A DNA stretch of 64,000 nt. Origin: Mantamonas sphyraenae STR306 (Eukaryota; Protista; CRuMs). Of this stretch, positions 41,801 through 53,814 are shown one piece after another. Made by a program: the position numbers and the translations under genes. The notes under the pieces were generated by a model. The model was not told where the DNA came from, did not search any database, and saw only the letters and a list, made by a program, of their open reading frames with translations. Position 1 is the first letter of the stretch. Every line of letters begins with the position of its first letter. The DNA lies in assembly GCA_026936335.1 (NCBI GenBank), contig JAPMXV010000003.1:1-64000 (forward strand), in the 5' to 3' direction.

Positions 41801-44800
41801 TCACTCTCTTCGTCCAATTGTTTCTGCAGCTCAAACAACTTGTCCATCTGCTCGTGTGCCTCCGCGCTCTTGGCCGCTGCGCGCTCCCTTTCCACCTCAA
41901 CTTGGTGCCTCAGCTCACGCTTCTCCTCCTCTGCCTTGGCCAACAGCGCCTTCATCTCGAGTTCCCGCGTTTCGCGCCTGCCAACCTCCTCCTCTGCCTC
42001 GTCCAAAGCCCTGCGAAGTTCTCGTTCCTTGCGCGCCGCCGCATCCCTGTCCAGTCGCTCCTTGGCCTGGCTGCTCAGCGACTGACGCACACTCATCAAC
42101 TCGCTGTCTTTCAGCGACACCTCCGACAGCAGTCGGTTCACCTCTTGCTTCGCCTCCTCAAGTTCTACAGCCGCCCCTTCCAGTCCTTCCAGAGCCTTCA
42201 CCCTCTCTTCCAACTCGTCGTTCTCCTGGTTCACCGCCACAAACTGGTCCTGCAGTGTTTCCAATTTCTCGCTCGCCGCCACTTTGGCCTTAATCTGCCG
42301 CTCCACCTCCTCTTCAGCTTCCTTCTGGCTCTCCTCCGCCCGAGAAGCTCTTTGCCGCTCACGCTCCACTTGGCCCTCAAGCTCTGCCACCTTCACCTCC
42401 AGTTCGTGCACGTGGTTGCCCGTCTCCCCTTCCACCTTCTTCAGCAACGCCTCCAGCTCCCGCTTGCTTGCTTCCAGCGACGCTACCATGTCGTGTGCCT
42501 CTCTCAGCTGCCGTCCCTGTGCGGCCTCCTTTGCATCTGCCTCCTTCAGGCGGAACTTCAGTTCAGACACCTGCTCCTCCAACCCTACACGCTCCTCCCG
42601 CTGTTCTTGGCTTCCTCGCTCAGAATTGAGCCGCAACGACTGCAGCTCGGTCATCACTTCCTGGCGAGACAACACTGCTTCGTCAACACGACCTTCCAGC
42701 TTCTTCACCTCTGCCAGAGCCTTTTCCAGCTTTCTCGAGACCTCCTTCACACGCTGCTCTTTTTTGAACGCCTCCTCCTGAGCTTGGTGCAGCTTCGTTT
42801 CCAGCTCCGCCTTTTCTGCATTGTGCTGGATCTTGCTTGCACTCGTCTCGCCACGCACACTCGACACTTGCTCCCTTGTCTTGTTGAGCCTTTCGCGCAG
42901 ATCATCGATTTTCTTGCTTGCGTTCTCGTCCACCATTTTCAGCTCACCCTTCAGGTCGTTGATCTTGCGAGCCTGTGCCTCGATGCGCTTGTCCCGCGCC
43001 TTGATTGCCTGCTCATGGTCCAAGCCCATTTGCGCCTGCACCTTCTTCTCCTCCTCCAGGCGAACCCTCAGCTTGCTGATTTCCCGCTGCGACTCTTCCA
43101 ACTGCCGCGCCTGCGACGCCAGCTCCACCTGCACTTGCCTCTTGCTCAGATCCGTTTCACGTGCCTGTGATGCCAACTTCATGCTCTCGCTGCGCGTGTC
43201 CTGCACTTCGGCCTTGGCCTTTTCCAATGCTTCGCGGTATGTCGTCTGTAGGCCGCCCAGCACTTCACACTGCTGTCTGTGCGTGCTCAACTGTTTGTTC
43301 AACTTGCTCGTGTCCAGCTCCGCGCGTTTCAGCTCGTTTTTCAACACCATCACCTCTTTGGCGGCTTCAGAAAGCTTGCTGCGGATCACATCGTTCTCGT
43401 TGGCCAGCTGATCGCTCTTCATCTCCGACTGCTGCAGAATGCTCTCGATTTGACTCAATGTCCTGTCTGGCGATCCTCCCAGACGACTGGTGCTCCCTGG
43501 AGACGATCCTGGCGAGCGAAGCGACCGAATACGTGCCCCAGGCGAGCTCGGCGACGTCAGGAACGATGATGCTGACGGCGACGCCCTTTGCGAAGCGCTC
43601 GAGCCCATGGCTGATCCCAACACCGAGTACGAGGAAGAAGAGCCCACGGGGGAGCCCGGGTCTGACAGAGCCGATGTGTTTCCAAACGAGTCAACCGCCT
43701 TGGCCGCAAAGCGAAACTTGGCCAGCGGCGAAGACTCCTTGCGCATTGCCGACACGTTGCGCTGTGCCTCCAGATACCGTGAGCCAGAGACACTGTGCAT
43801 GTTGACTGTGTACAGTTGGTTGCTAAAAGTGACACCAAAGCTGTCGTCGCACTGCGAACCGCCAAACACAAACAGCTCGCCGTCCAGTTCGCTGACGCTG
43901 TGGCCTTCCATCTGTACGCGATAGGCGGTGTGAGCAAGGAATACGAGGGTGGGGGTGGGTGGCTGCGGGAGCGCTGGTGGACATGCTGTGGACATACCTG
44001 CTGCATCACCTCGCCCTGCAACAGTGGCTGGTACCAGGCCTGATTTGCCGTGTCCAGCACATGGATGTCGTTGAAGGTATCAAACTTTTCGTTGTTGAAC
44101 TGGTAGCCACCCATGACAACCATGAAGCGTTCCTGGAAGAGCGTGGCGCTGCGAGGGGAAGGCGACCATGTCAGTGTCCGTCCGCTCTGCCTTCCTCACC
44201 ATCCCGTTTACGGGCTCCCTGGTGCCACACAGGCTTGCAGCAATAGCAGAACCGGGATGGACGCAAGCATATGCCCATTTTTGTGGACCCGTTCTGCGCA
44301 CGACGAGTGCGTGCCACCTGCAGGTTGCTATTGCAAACTGGGCGGTGGGTTTTGGCCCTCGCACTCGCAAAAAGTGTTGACATACCTGTGGTTTGCGCGA
44401 GCACGGGGAACTGTGCCTGTGGCAGTCACTTTGGTCCACACCAATGTTTCCGTGTTCTACGCAACATAGATACGGCGCCGTGCATGTGTGTATGCGGCGG
44501 TGTGTGAGCGTACGCAACGCAGCCAACGCGGGGGGAAAAGGTGGATTTTCAAACGGCCAACTCACCAGCGCGTAAAGATCGTCGTAAAACGTGTCGTCCA
44601 TGCTGAATGAGTATCCTCCAAACAGCCAGATGGTGTTGCCCACATTGACGGTGGCATGGGACGACCGTGCGCTCGGTGCGCTACCTGAGCACGCCAATTG
44701 GCTCCAGCTTGCGTCCGTCAGGTCGAGCACCCACACGTCGTCCAGAAAGCTGCTCTCGCCGTTGGACCCGCCAATCACAAACAGCCGGTCGCCAATCACA

Positions 44801-45381
44801 TTTACAGAGTGGTACACGCGAGCAGGCGGTTGTTCGCCCGAGCAACTCCACAACGTCCACGTGCGGCTGAACACGTCAAACTCGTGCACGTCGTTGGAGA
44901 AGCTCTTCTCCTGCCGCAGCTGGTCCCACGTCTCGCCGCCAAACAACATCAGCGAGCTGTGCCGTGCGTACGTGTGAGTGTCAGTTGCCCCGTGTCCTGA
45001 CACGGCTCGTTCTCCTGCATCCCCCCCCCCCCCTGGTTTCGTGCTGACTCACTTGTTCCACATCGCCCCGGCGTGACCTCGTCGTTTGCTGGGAATCTGC
45101 CCAAACGTCTTGGCCTCCGACCACATCTGATCGTCGAGGTACAGGCAATGCACTGTGTTGAGATACTTTGAGCCGCTCTTGCTGAAGCCTCCAAATGTCC
45201 ACAGCTTGTTGTACGCCATCCATGAGACGTGGCCATCTTTCGGCGTCGGTGGCAAGCCGTAGATTCTCGGCGTGCCGATGGTTGCCACAAACTTGCTTGG
45301 GTCTTCGTCTGTGCCCACCTTTTTCCTGCTCCATGATGGTGAGGCAGGTCCACTGGCTGCTGAAGCTGACGAGGAGGACAT
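38875..45381 (-). CDS. Kelch-repeat protein with a very long C-terminal coiled coil (Kel1/Tea1-like architecture), multi-exon
   Basis: Kelch repeats (PTPKDGH..LWTFGG, PPARVYHS..LFVIGG, PSARSSH..IWLFGG, MEGHS..LFVFGG), then ~1500 aa of E/K/Q/A coiled coil. Confidence 0.85.
39040..41365 (-). repeat. Coding minisatellite: ~25 copies of a 75-bp (25-aa EKEIASLKEQLEAxKADAxKTAEGK) unit, plus an 813-bp higher-order duplication
   Basis: Unit recurs every 75 bp; identical insert blocks at ~40051 and ~40864. Confidence 0.97.
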
Positions 45382-45562
45382 GTTCCTGTATAAATACACA
45401 AAGGTTTGGCTCGGCAAGCGTCACAATGGACAGTGGTGAGGCACCGAGCACTGATGCCATGCGAAGGAGAACAAGCATCATCTCCTCACCACTGTGTGCA
45501 AAAGCAGCACCCTTTCGAGCCCCATTGCAGCTGCCCATGCCAAACCAACGCCTGCCACAAGA

Positions 45563-47082
45563 ATGTCCACGGCATGGGACGCAGACCAGGTCGTTGACCG
45601 CCTCTACCTGGGCTCCGCTACAGCTGGGGCAGACCTGGAACAGTTGCGGGAGCATGATATCCAGTTTGTCCTCGTCGTGGGCGTGCATCTGGAGAAGCAT
45701 TTTGAACGCGAAGGAATCGAGTACCTTCAGCTCCACGTGGTGGACACGGACATGGAGAATATGCTCTCCATCTTCCCAGAGTGCTTTGAATTTATGGATC
45801 GCGCCCTCGCCAGCGATCACTGCCTGCTCGTCCATTGGTACAGTATCCCATACCCAATTTTTTCCGGCTCCCCGCTCTGCAAGTTTCGTCCAAACTCCCC
45901 TCTCTGACACCCGGCGCTTGAAACCTCCCGTTGCTTGCCATACTGCCGTGTACACGTGCACACCTGCCCCACAGTGCGGCAGGGGTGTCTCGGTCCTCTA
46001 CAGTGGTCATTGCCTACCTCATGAAGTCCATGAACATGACGCTGGCCTGGGCGTACCACTTGGTGAAAAGCAAACGGAACGCCATCTCTCCAAACCCAGG
46101 CTTCTACCACCAGCTGGAAATCTTTGAAACCCTTGGGGGTGTGGTGCCGCAGTTTGATGACCTGGGCAACATTGCCATTGTGCCCATTGTGGAAAGAAAG
46201 AGCATCCGCAAGGAGGAGGACGAGGAACAACAGCAATCGTCCGACGCTTCCACGAGCATCTACGGTTCGCCTCGCCGTGAGCGCAGCTTCAGCCTGGACA
46301 GCAGCAGCGAGGAGGTGCAGTATGCATCCGCCCTGCGCCAGTATCAGCTCATGCTCACCTTCCAAAGCCTCTTTGAAGCAGACGACACAACCGAGACGGT
46401 TTTGCCGCGACGTAACTCGGGGTCAGACCTCAAGCTGGACAAAGTGCGCATGGAGCTGCTTCACCAGGAAGTCGAGAGCGAGGAAGAGTCCAGTAGTAAG
46501 AACGCTGGCGACAGCAACGCGGAGAGCAGCAGCAGCGGCACGGGCAACGGGAGCCCCGGCAGCAGCAGCAGCAGCAGCGATGCAAACGACGAGCTGAACT
46601 CCACTTCCAAGGATACCGACACAGCTCTGCTTTCCGAGGAAAGCTCAGAGACGACGCGCATTTTCTGCTGCAAACGATGCGGCAATCCGCTGCTGCCACA
46701 GGATGGCCTGATCCCACACAAGCGAGGAGGCCAAGCAAACGCGCTCGCAGCCACCGGCAAAGGCAGGAGCAAGCAGAAGACTGCTCAGTGCGACTATCTA
46801 TTCTTTGACCCGGCATGCTACACCGTGCGAGACCTCAGCACGAGCAGCCAGGTTGTGTACAAAGACATCGCGGCCGACCTGAACTGCCCCGAGTGTGGCG
46901 AAACGTTTGGCGACTACCGCTGGGCCGGCAACCACTGTTCCTGCCGCGCCTACCTTCAATACCTGCTGCGTTGCTTTGTGTCCTGCCTCGAATTGGTGGA
47001 CAGCGATCGCATCCAGGTGCGCAAGGTGGTCAAGAAGGAAGTTAGCAAGCCAAAGGAACGAAAGAAGCATTTTACGGTGTGA
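45563..47082 (+). CDS. DUSP12: Dual-specificity phosphatase DUSP12/Yvh1-like, 2 exons
   Basis: LYLGS; LLVHC|AAGVSRS formed across the intron; SPNPGFYHQL; C-terminal Zn domain CKRC...CPEC...CSC. Confidence 0.88.
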
Positions 47083-48662
47083 CCGCGGCCGATCCGTACA
47101 CAAGCGACGCATTGGTGCCTCCGAAACCAAATGAATTGCACAACACATGCTCTACCTCTGCGTGTCTCCACGTTTGCGCAGAACCCACATCGGGCTTTAC
47201 CAGGAAGTCCAATGGCAGTTCGCAAAGAGATGCGTCCAGGCTTGTGGCATCCAGATTAGCGTTGTACGCCACACGTTGCTCAACCAGACTCATGATGGCA
47301 AAGATGCTTTCCACTGCTCCTGCGGCACCGAGCAGATGGCCAATTGCACCCTTGTTGGCAGAGACTGCTGGGACGTGGGACACGTCTGCAAACACATCAG
47401 CAATTGCCACCGACTCGGCCAAATCACCTCGTGGCGTAGATGTGGCGTGCGCATTCACAAGCTGGACTTGATGTGGACTGATCTGAGCCCGACTCAGTGC
47501 CGCCTGCATGGCTCGGCGAGCCCCGTCTCCTGAAGGCGAAGGGGCTGTGATGTGGTGTGCATCGCCAGACATGCCATAGCCACACACACGCGCATATACA
47601 TGTGCCCCACGCGCGCGCGCATGCTCCTCCTCCTCGAGTACGAGCATGCCTGCGCCCTCACCCATCACAAACCCTGCTCGGGCGGCATCAAACGGCCGCG
47701 AAGCCAGATGAGGCTGATCGTTGTACGATGTGCACAGTCCCTTGGCTCTGCAGAAGCCAGCCATGACAAGCGGGCTGATGCAAGCCTCGGTGCTGCCCGC
47801 CAACATGACGTCGGCATCACCGTACTCGATCATGCGCATGGCATCCCCAATTGAATGCGCCCCTGTAGCACAGGCTGTTGATACCGAGTGGTTTGGCCCC
47901 TGTGTGCAAATTGGAATGATCCTCGTCGTGTCAGTATGCCTCGTACACATTTGACAATCGAGTGCGCCCACTCACCTTGAGATTATGTTCAATGGACAGG
48001 TAGCCAGCGGGCATGTTGATGAGAATGCGCGGTACAAAGTATGGGCTCATGCGCCTGTATGCCTTTGGGAACGCTTGCAGCGTGGTCACTTGGCGCAAGT
48101 CTCCGATGCTGCAGCCAACTGAGGCCCCCTGCCAAGAAGCGGTGACGGCGTCAGCACACACATGAATGCCTGTGGTTCTCACATTCAAACACAATGGAAG
48201 GCCCACCAGCGAGGCACGGTATAGGCCATACAAGGACGTACAGTCCGCTCTTGCTCAGCGAGCGTTTCTGGCTTCCATCCTGCGTCATCCAAGGCCTGCT
48301 TTGCTGCGCAAAACGCAAACGAGATTGCGTCTGTGGTTTCACGATGCATCTGGGAGGAGCAGAAGGCGTGCATGTATGTCAGCAGCAAACGCGAAAGCTC
48401 AGCGGCAGGCTGTGTTCGAAGCGGCTGGCCGTACATGCCGAGGCACCCACTGTGCAAGGTCAAACGCATCTCGGTCAACTTGGGCAGCTACTTGGGAGGG
48501 AAGAAAGGTGGAATCCTCGTCTGGGTGTGTATGTGACAGATCCAGGGCACGGACGGCAACTTTGCCGTCCAAGAGGGCCTTCCAGCATTGCTGTACACCC
48601 ACACCCAGGGGACTCACCATGCCCATCCCTGTGACAACGACACGGCGACTTGGGGTGGACAT
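47072..48662 (-). CDS. OXSM: Beta-ketoacyl-ACP synthase (FabF/OXSM type), 4 exons
   Basis: RRVVVTGMGMVSPLG, SPYFVPRILINM, GPNHSVSTACATG, SRPFD, NAHATSTP, KGAIGHLLGAAG, NSFGFGGTN. Confidence 0.95.
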
Positions 48663-48713
48663 GGGTGAACTGCGTCAGCGGGCGCAAGACCAGCGTGGAG
48701 ACCGAAAGACGCC

Positions 48714-50232
48714 ATGAGCTCGTTGTCGTCCTCCATCCCGGAAGAGGTGACTGTGTTTGGCAAACCTGTCAAATCAGACAGTGTGGCGGGTGCGGTTGCA
48801 CTGGTAGTGGCCACAGCAGGCGCATTTGCAGGCTGGAGGTGGCTTTCATCTCCTGGCGATGAACAACGACACAAGGCCAATAGCAACAGCAGCGGCGATG
48901 AAGGCGCAAGCAGCAGTGACGACAAGGAAACAGGGGACAGCGCAGGCGAGGATCCAGAAGGGGACGGCGAACAGAGCAACGGGAGCAACAGCATTGTGTC
49001 GAAGCAGCTGCGTGACGCCCTGTTTGAAGCCGTTGAGCAGCACGACGCCTCCAGCGTGCAATCAATGATCAAGCAATGCCCAGCCCTACTGGAGGTAACA
49101 AACAGCAAGGGCATGACTGCGCTGATCGAGGCGTGTGACCGTGGCTATGCGCCTGTGGTCAAGGCGTTGCTGGAAGGTGAGTGGACGGACGCGCCAAAGT
49201 TCTTCGTGAGGATTTCCTGCGGGCGCTGGGCCCCGATCTTGGGCGGATTTGTGTTTCCTCTCCCGTTGTGCACACGCTTACAGTGACACACAACGCCACA
49301 CAGCTGGAGCGGATCCCAACCAGGCAGACGAGATGAGCAGCACGACGCCGTTCTACGCGGCGACGCGCCCGAGTGAACACAAGAGTAAGCCAGACATGGC
49401 AGTGGTGGCACTTCTGGCTGCGCATCCGCGTGTACATAAGAGCATCTTCACAGCAAGTGCTCTGGGCGACGTGGTGGCCACGCGAGACATGATCAAGCGC
49501 GATCCAAGGTGTGTGAACGAGCGAGATGCGCTCGGCCATACGCCGCTCTTTCTGGCCACTCTGCACGGCCACGAGCTAGTGGCTGCCCTGCTGCTCAACC
49601 ATGGTGCACGGGCAAACGACCAGGTCAAGTATCGAAGAAAGCATGTATCGCCCCTGGACGCCGCGGTGAATCGTTCGTGGAGCAAGTCGCACCGGCGTAT
49701 CGGCAGGCTGCTATTGGATTACGGGGCCGACGCGAGTCTGCACGACGCTTGCTACGTGGGGTCGATTGCACACGTGCATCGCTTCCTTCAGGTCGAGCCA
49801 CAAACGATCAACGATCGCGACCGGGCCGGCAACACGCCGCTGACCATTGCCATCGAGTACTGCAACCAGGAGCTGGTTCAGCTGTTGCTGGAGGAGGGTG
49901 CACAGGACACCGAGTTTGGTTCGGGCAAATGGCTTGCGATGGCCACGCTGTGCGAGGATCGAAATTGGAACAATACGGCCTTTCATGACGTCAACATGAA
50001 CACCTGTGTGTTCAATGATGTCGACTTGAGCAACGGAACTCTGTTCAACGTCAACATGGAGCGTGTTGTGGTTCACAACGTCTCGTTGGTGGGCAGCACC
50101 TTCCACAACGTCGACTTTGCCAATGTTCGCCTGGACAACTGCAAGATCGACGGCCTGCGCATCAACGGCAAGGCGGTGCGTCTTGTGGATGACGACGAGG
50201 AAGAGGGTGACGTGGAAATGGACAAAAAGTGA
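48714..50232 (+). CDS. N-anchored ankyrin-repeat protein with a C-terminal pentapeptide-repeat domain, 2 exons
   Basis: TM AVALVVATAGAFAGW; ankyrin motifs GMTALIEA, GHTPLFLA, SPLDAA, GNTPLTIA; pentapeptide FHDVNMNTCVFNDVDLSNGTLFNVNM...GLRING. Confidence 0.85.
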
Positions 50233-50265
50233 CACTCGATGCGAAACACCGCACGCTTTTGTTCG

Positions 50266-52634
50266 TCATCCCGAGACACGCACAGTGATCGGCTGAAACT
50301 CGCCCACTTCGTGTGCAGCGTCCTGTGTAATGTCCAGAGTGCCTGCGGTGCCCAGCTTGAGCATCTGGAAGAATGTAGAGGCAACTGTACGCCGTGTTGC
50401 GTTTGCGGGCACCAGTTCTTGCACAAAGTCGGCCGAGCGCATGCCCTGCATCTTTGCCTTGAATTCGTCCAACACCTGCTCAGAGGTTCGGCTCTCCTCT
50501 GCGCTGTTTGCGTTGACAGCATCCAGGGCGGCGCTGCTGCTACTGCTGCTGCTGCTGGCTGCACTGTCGTTGAGCGGATCGTCAAACGCTGGCTGGAGGT
50601 CAAAGTCGGAGGGCCCTTCAAAGTTGGCCATCCACGAGTCCTCGGCCTGTTGGGCTGCTTGCTCGGCAGTGGACACGTCTGCGTCATTTTCGGTGCGGCG
50701 CAGCTTGCTGGGCGACTCGCTCAGGGTGCTATCGAAGCTTGCGTTGCCCTGCTGGTTACCCTCCTCCACGTCATCGTCATCGTCGAGACGAACGTCGTCG
50801 CTTGCGTCGCGCAGGTCGAGCGGCATGTGTTCGCCAAGTTGCTGGAAGAGGAGCTCGTCCAGGGTTTTGCTGTTGGTTTCCAGGTACGCCAGGGCCTCCT
50901 CCGACCTGGGCCCCAGTTCCAAGTCGCGTACAATGGCGCCTGTGTCGTTGATGGTGCGTCGCATTTCCTTGCTCGGGATCTTCATCTCCTTGTCCCTGTT
51001 TGTTCGCCCTGCGCGCTTACGTTTCTTGTCTGCGTTGGCTGCTGCCCTCTTGGCTGCTTCTGCCTGCTCTGCAGCTGCGTCAGCCTGTGCCTGCTGCGCC
51101 TCCAGGGCGCTCATCTTCAGGCTCTCGGGGAGCCCTGTGCTGAGAGCGCTCAAGTCGCCCAGCTCTGCGCTTTGTGCGCTGTCCAGCTGCATGCTGGTGT
51201 CGTTCGCCGCCATAGCCCCCGCCGGCGTCGACAGTCCCGCTGCATGGGGCCCCAAACTGTCGCCTCCAAAAGACGTGTCAAACCCGCCCATGTCGGCGTC
51301 AAAGCCGAACCAGCCCAAATCGTTCAGCTCGGCCAGCGATTGGTCGGCTGTCGGGGTGGACTGCACGCCTGTGCCTGCCAGATCTGCAGGCAAGGCCGAC
51401 CCTGTGCTTGTATCTAGAAGGCTGCTCTCGCCGCGAGCCTCCTCTGCTCCGCGCGCGAGTTCCACGCTCTGGTTCAGTGCCATTGTGTCTGCGTTCACAG
51501 CTGTGCCACTGTCTGCAAACACAGCCCACTCATCGCCTCCGGGCAGACGCGAGGTGTCTGTGAGTGTGTGAGTGTGTGTTGTGTGTGTGTGTCAGCGATA
51601 ACAAGAGCTGGATGAGATCAACCACGTTGCCCTTTGTCTTCTGCATCACCACGTTGGTCCTGCATGTCCTGTTCCATGCTTCTTGCAGAGCGGCTCCCTT
51701 CACAGAGATGCACGCGGGTACCAAGTCGGCTGCGTGTGCGCGATCCTCTGACACCAGCCTTGTTCCATAATGATTTTTTTGGCGGGAAAACCTCCTTGGC
51801 TGCACCTACCTACGCCAAAGCTGCTCTCAAACGATTGGTTCAACAGCGCCAGCTGGTTGTCCACATTGTTTTGCAGCAGCGAGTCGTCGAGAGCCAGACC
51901 AGACACGTTCATGTCCGGCATATCGATGTTGTAGAGCATAAGATTGGAGGGCAATTTCTCGGCCAATGTGATCTGCGCCTTGGACATGCGTTGGTGCTCT
52001 GGTGCCATATCCACACTGTCCGATGCAGTTTTCTGTGACGCGGTCCATTGTGCGTGTGTGCGTGTGGCATTCCCACACAATGTGTGTTTGTGTCAGCGCC
52101 TGGAGCCTGTTTCCTGCGTCGCGGCCGCTCACGTGTGTTCCCGATTCACTCCTTACCTTGACCATGCCACGCGCTGCGTTGATGCACGCCTCTTCCAAGT
52201 GGCCCACCTTGCGCGAATAGATGCGCGCCATGCCCCACAGCAGGTGACCTTGCATGCGCAGCGAGTACTCGCGCGTGTTGCTCTGAATCGTGTCTGCGCG
52301 GGAAGTCAGCGCGCCAAAAATTCACACGTCAGCCTCCACCCACACCTCCTCCCGCTCTCGCGCTCCTCGCCCCCATTCCCATCTACATACCCACAAACCG
52401 CTCAATGTCTGCGGTCAGAAAGTTGCGGTTGCTCTTCAGCTTCTTGTCGTTGCAGTGCGACGCAATCCAAAGCTGCGTCAAGTGTGATCACCCACCCGCC
52501 GGCGTCAGCTCTCACTCTCACTCTCGCTCTCTCCAGACCCTCGTAGACGAAGCTCCACCCGTGCCCATCCTATCACCACAACGTACATCGCCCAGCGGGC
52601 TGCCCTTGGTCAACACATCGGCAGCGTAGAACAT
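50266..52634 (-). CDS. Cohesin kleisin (RAD21/REC8 family), multi-exon
   Basis: MFYAADVLTKGSPLGD|LWIASH, YSLRMQGHLLWGMARIYSRKV, C-terminal TRRTVASTFFQMLKL...ITQD...FQPITV; separase-type SVELAR site. Confidence 0.9.
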
Positions 52635-52814
52635 GCTGACGGGTTTGCTTGCCTCGACTGGTTGCGGCGACGCGTTCCTGAGTCAGGAATCTTGCGCGCC
52701 AAGCAAACACACCTCACTCCACACACACACGAGAGCCGTGGGTGTGTGATGGTATGAGGAAAATTCATGTCCATGGAGCTCAGTGGAGCATGCCCCAGAT
52801 GCAACACTCCAACG

Positions 52815-53771
52815 ATGCGCCTGCTCCTTTCCTTGGTCTTGGTGCTTCTGTGTACGCAGTGGGCACTAGTGCACGCACAGCAGCAGCAGCAACAGAGTGC
52901 TGCACACCACCACAGGGGTACGTGATGTCATACAGCTCCTGCATGCTCGCGACACGGAGTTTCAGAACCTCCCCAGCACGCCTTGGTCCAGTTCGTGCAA
53001 CCTTCCACGCTCCACTCACACACGACGTACACTCCCACAACCCCGCCATGTTGAATCCAAAACATCCTCTGTAGCCTATCGTGACCGCGAACTCGTCAGA
53101 ATCCAATGTCTAAACGCTTCCAACGAGTGGGGCCCCGGCCCGGTTTGCCAAGAGACCGGTGAGGAGCTTACGTTCAACTTTGGCATGGATAACTTTTTCT
53201 ACTGCGGTCTTGCTGTCACGTCGGACAACTACAATTGGTTCCGTCGTGTCATTAAACAGCAGGAGACCTGGAACTGCCGGGTGCCCATGTCCCCTGCCCT
53301 CCGTTTCTACATCCCACTCTCAATCCCGCTCTGGTGAGTTTCCTGGCGCGTTTCCACCACCCTGTTTCCACTCCCGTACCCAATCTCACCTCCACCCCAC
53401 CTACCAACTCGCCCGTATACAGGGGCATCGCCGAGTCTGAGCACTTTCATCTCGACGACCACATGAACTTTGTCTTTCACGCCGACCGCGGCCGCATTAT
53501 TGCCGCATCCGCCTACCCTGTCCGCGACCGCTTTCAATTCGGCCGCGAGGGTTCCATCATCAACATGCATGGGCCTGTGCACTGGTTCCGCCGCCACTCA
53601 TTCCACAGCTACGGCACAACCAAGGAGACCCGAGACCCCACCGACTCACGTTGGTACGTCATCCTCGGTGCATGCACTGCCACGGCCTTGGCCATGGTCC
53701 TTCTCTTTGGTCTTGTCTACTGGTACATTCTGAAGCCCCGGCTCATCAAAAAGATGGTCAAGCGCGACTGA
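52815..53771 (+). CDS. Uncharacterised type I membrane protein (signal peptide, Cys-containing lumenal domain, C-terminal TM), 3 exons
   Basis: MRLLLSLVLVLLCTQWALVHA; splices GTACGT/CTGTAG and GTGAGT/TACAG; TM WYVILG...LVYWYIL; basic tail KKMVKRD. Confidence 0.7.
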
Positions 53772-53814
53772 AAACCTCGTTTCTGTTTCCATGCTTCTCA
53801 CATCGCCACCGACA

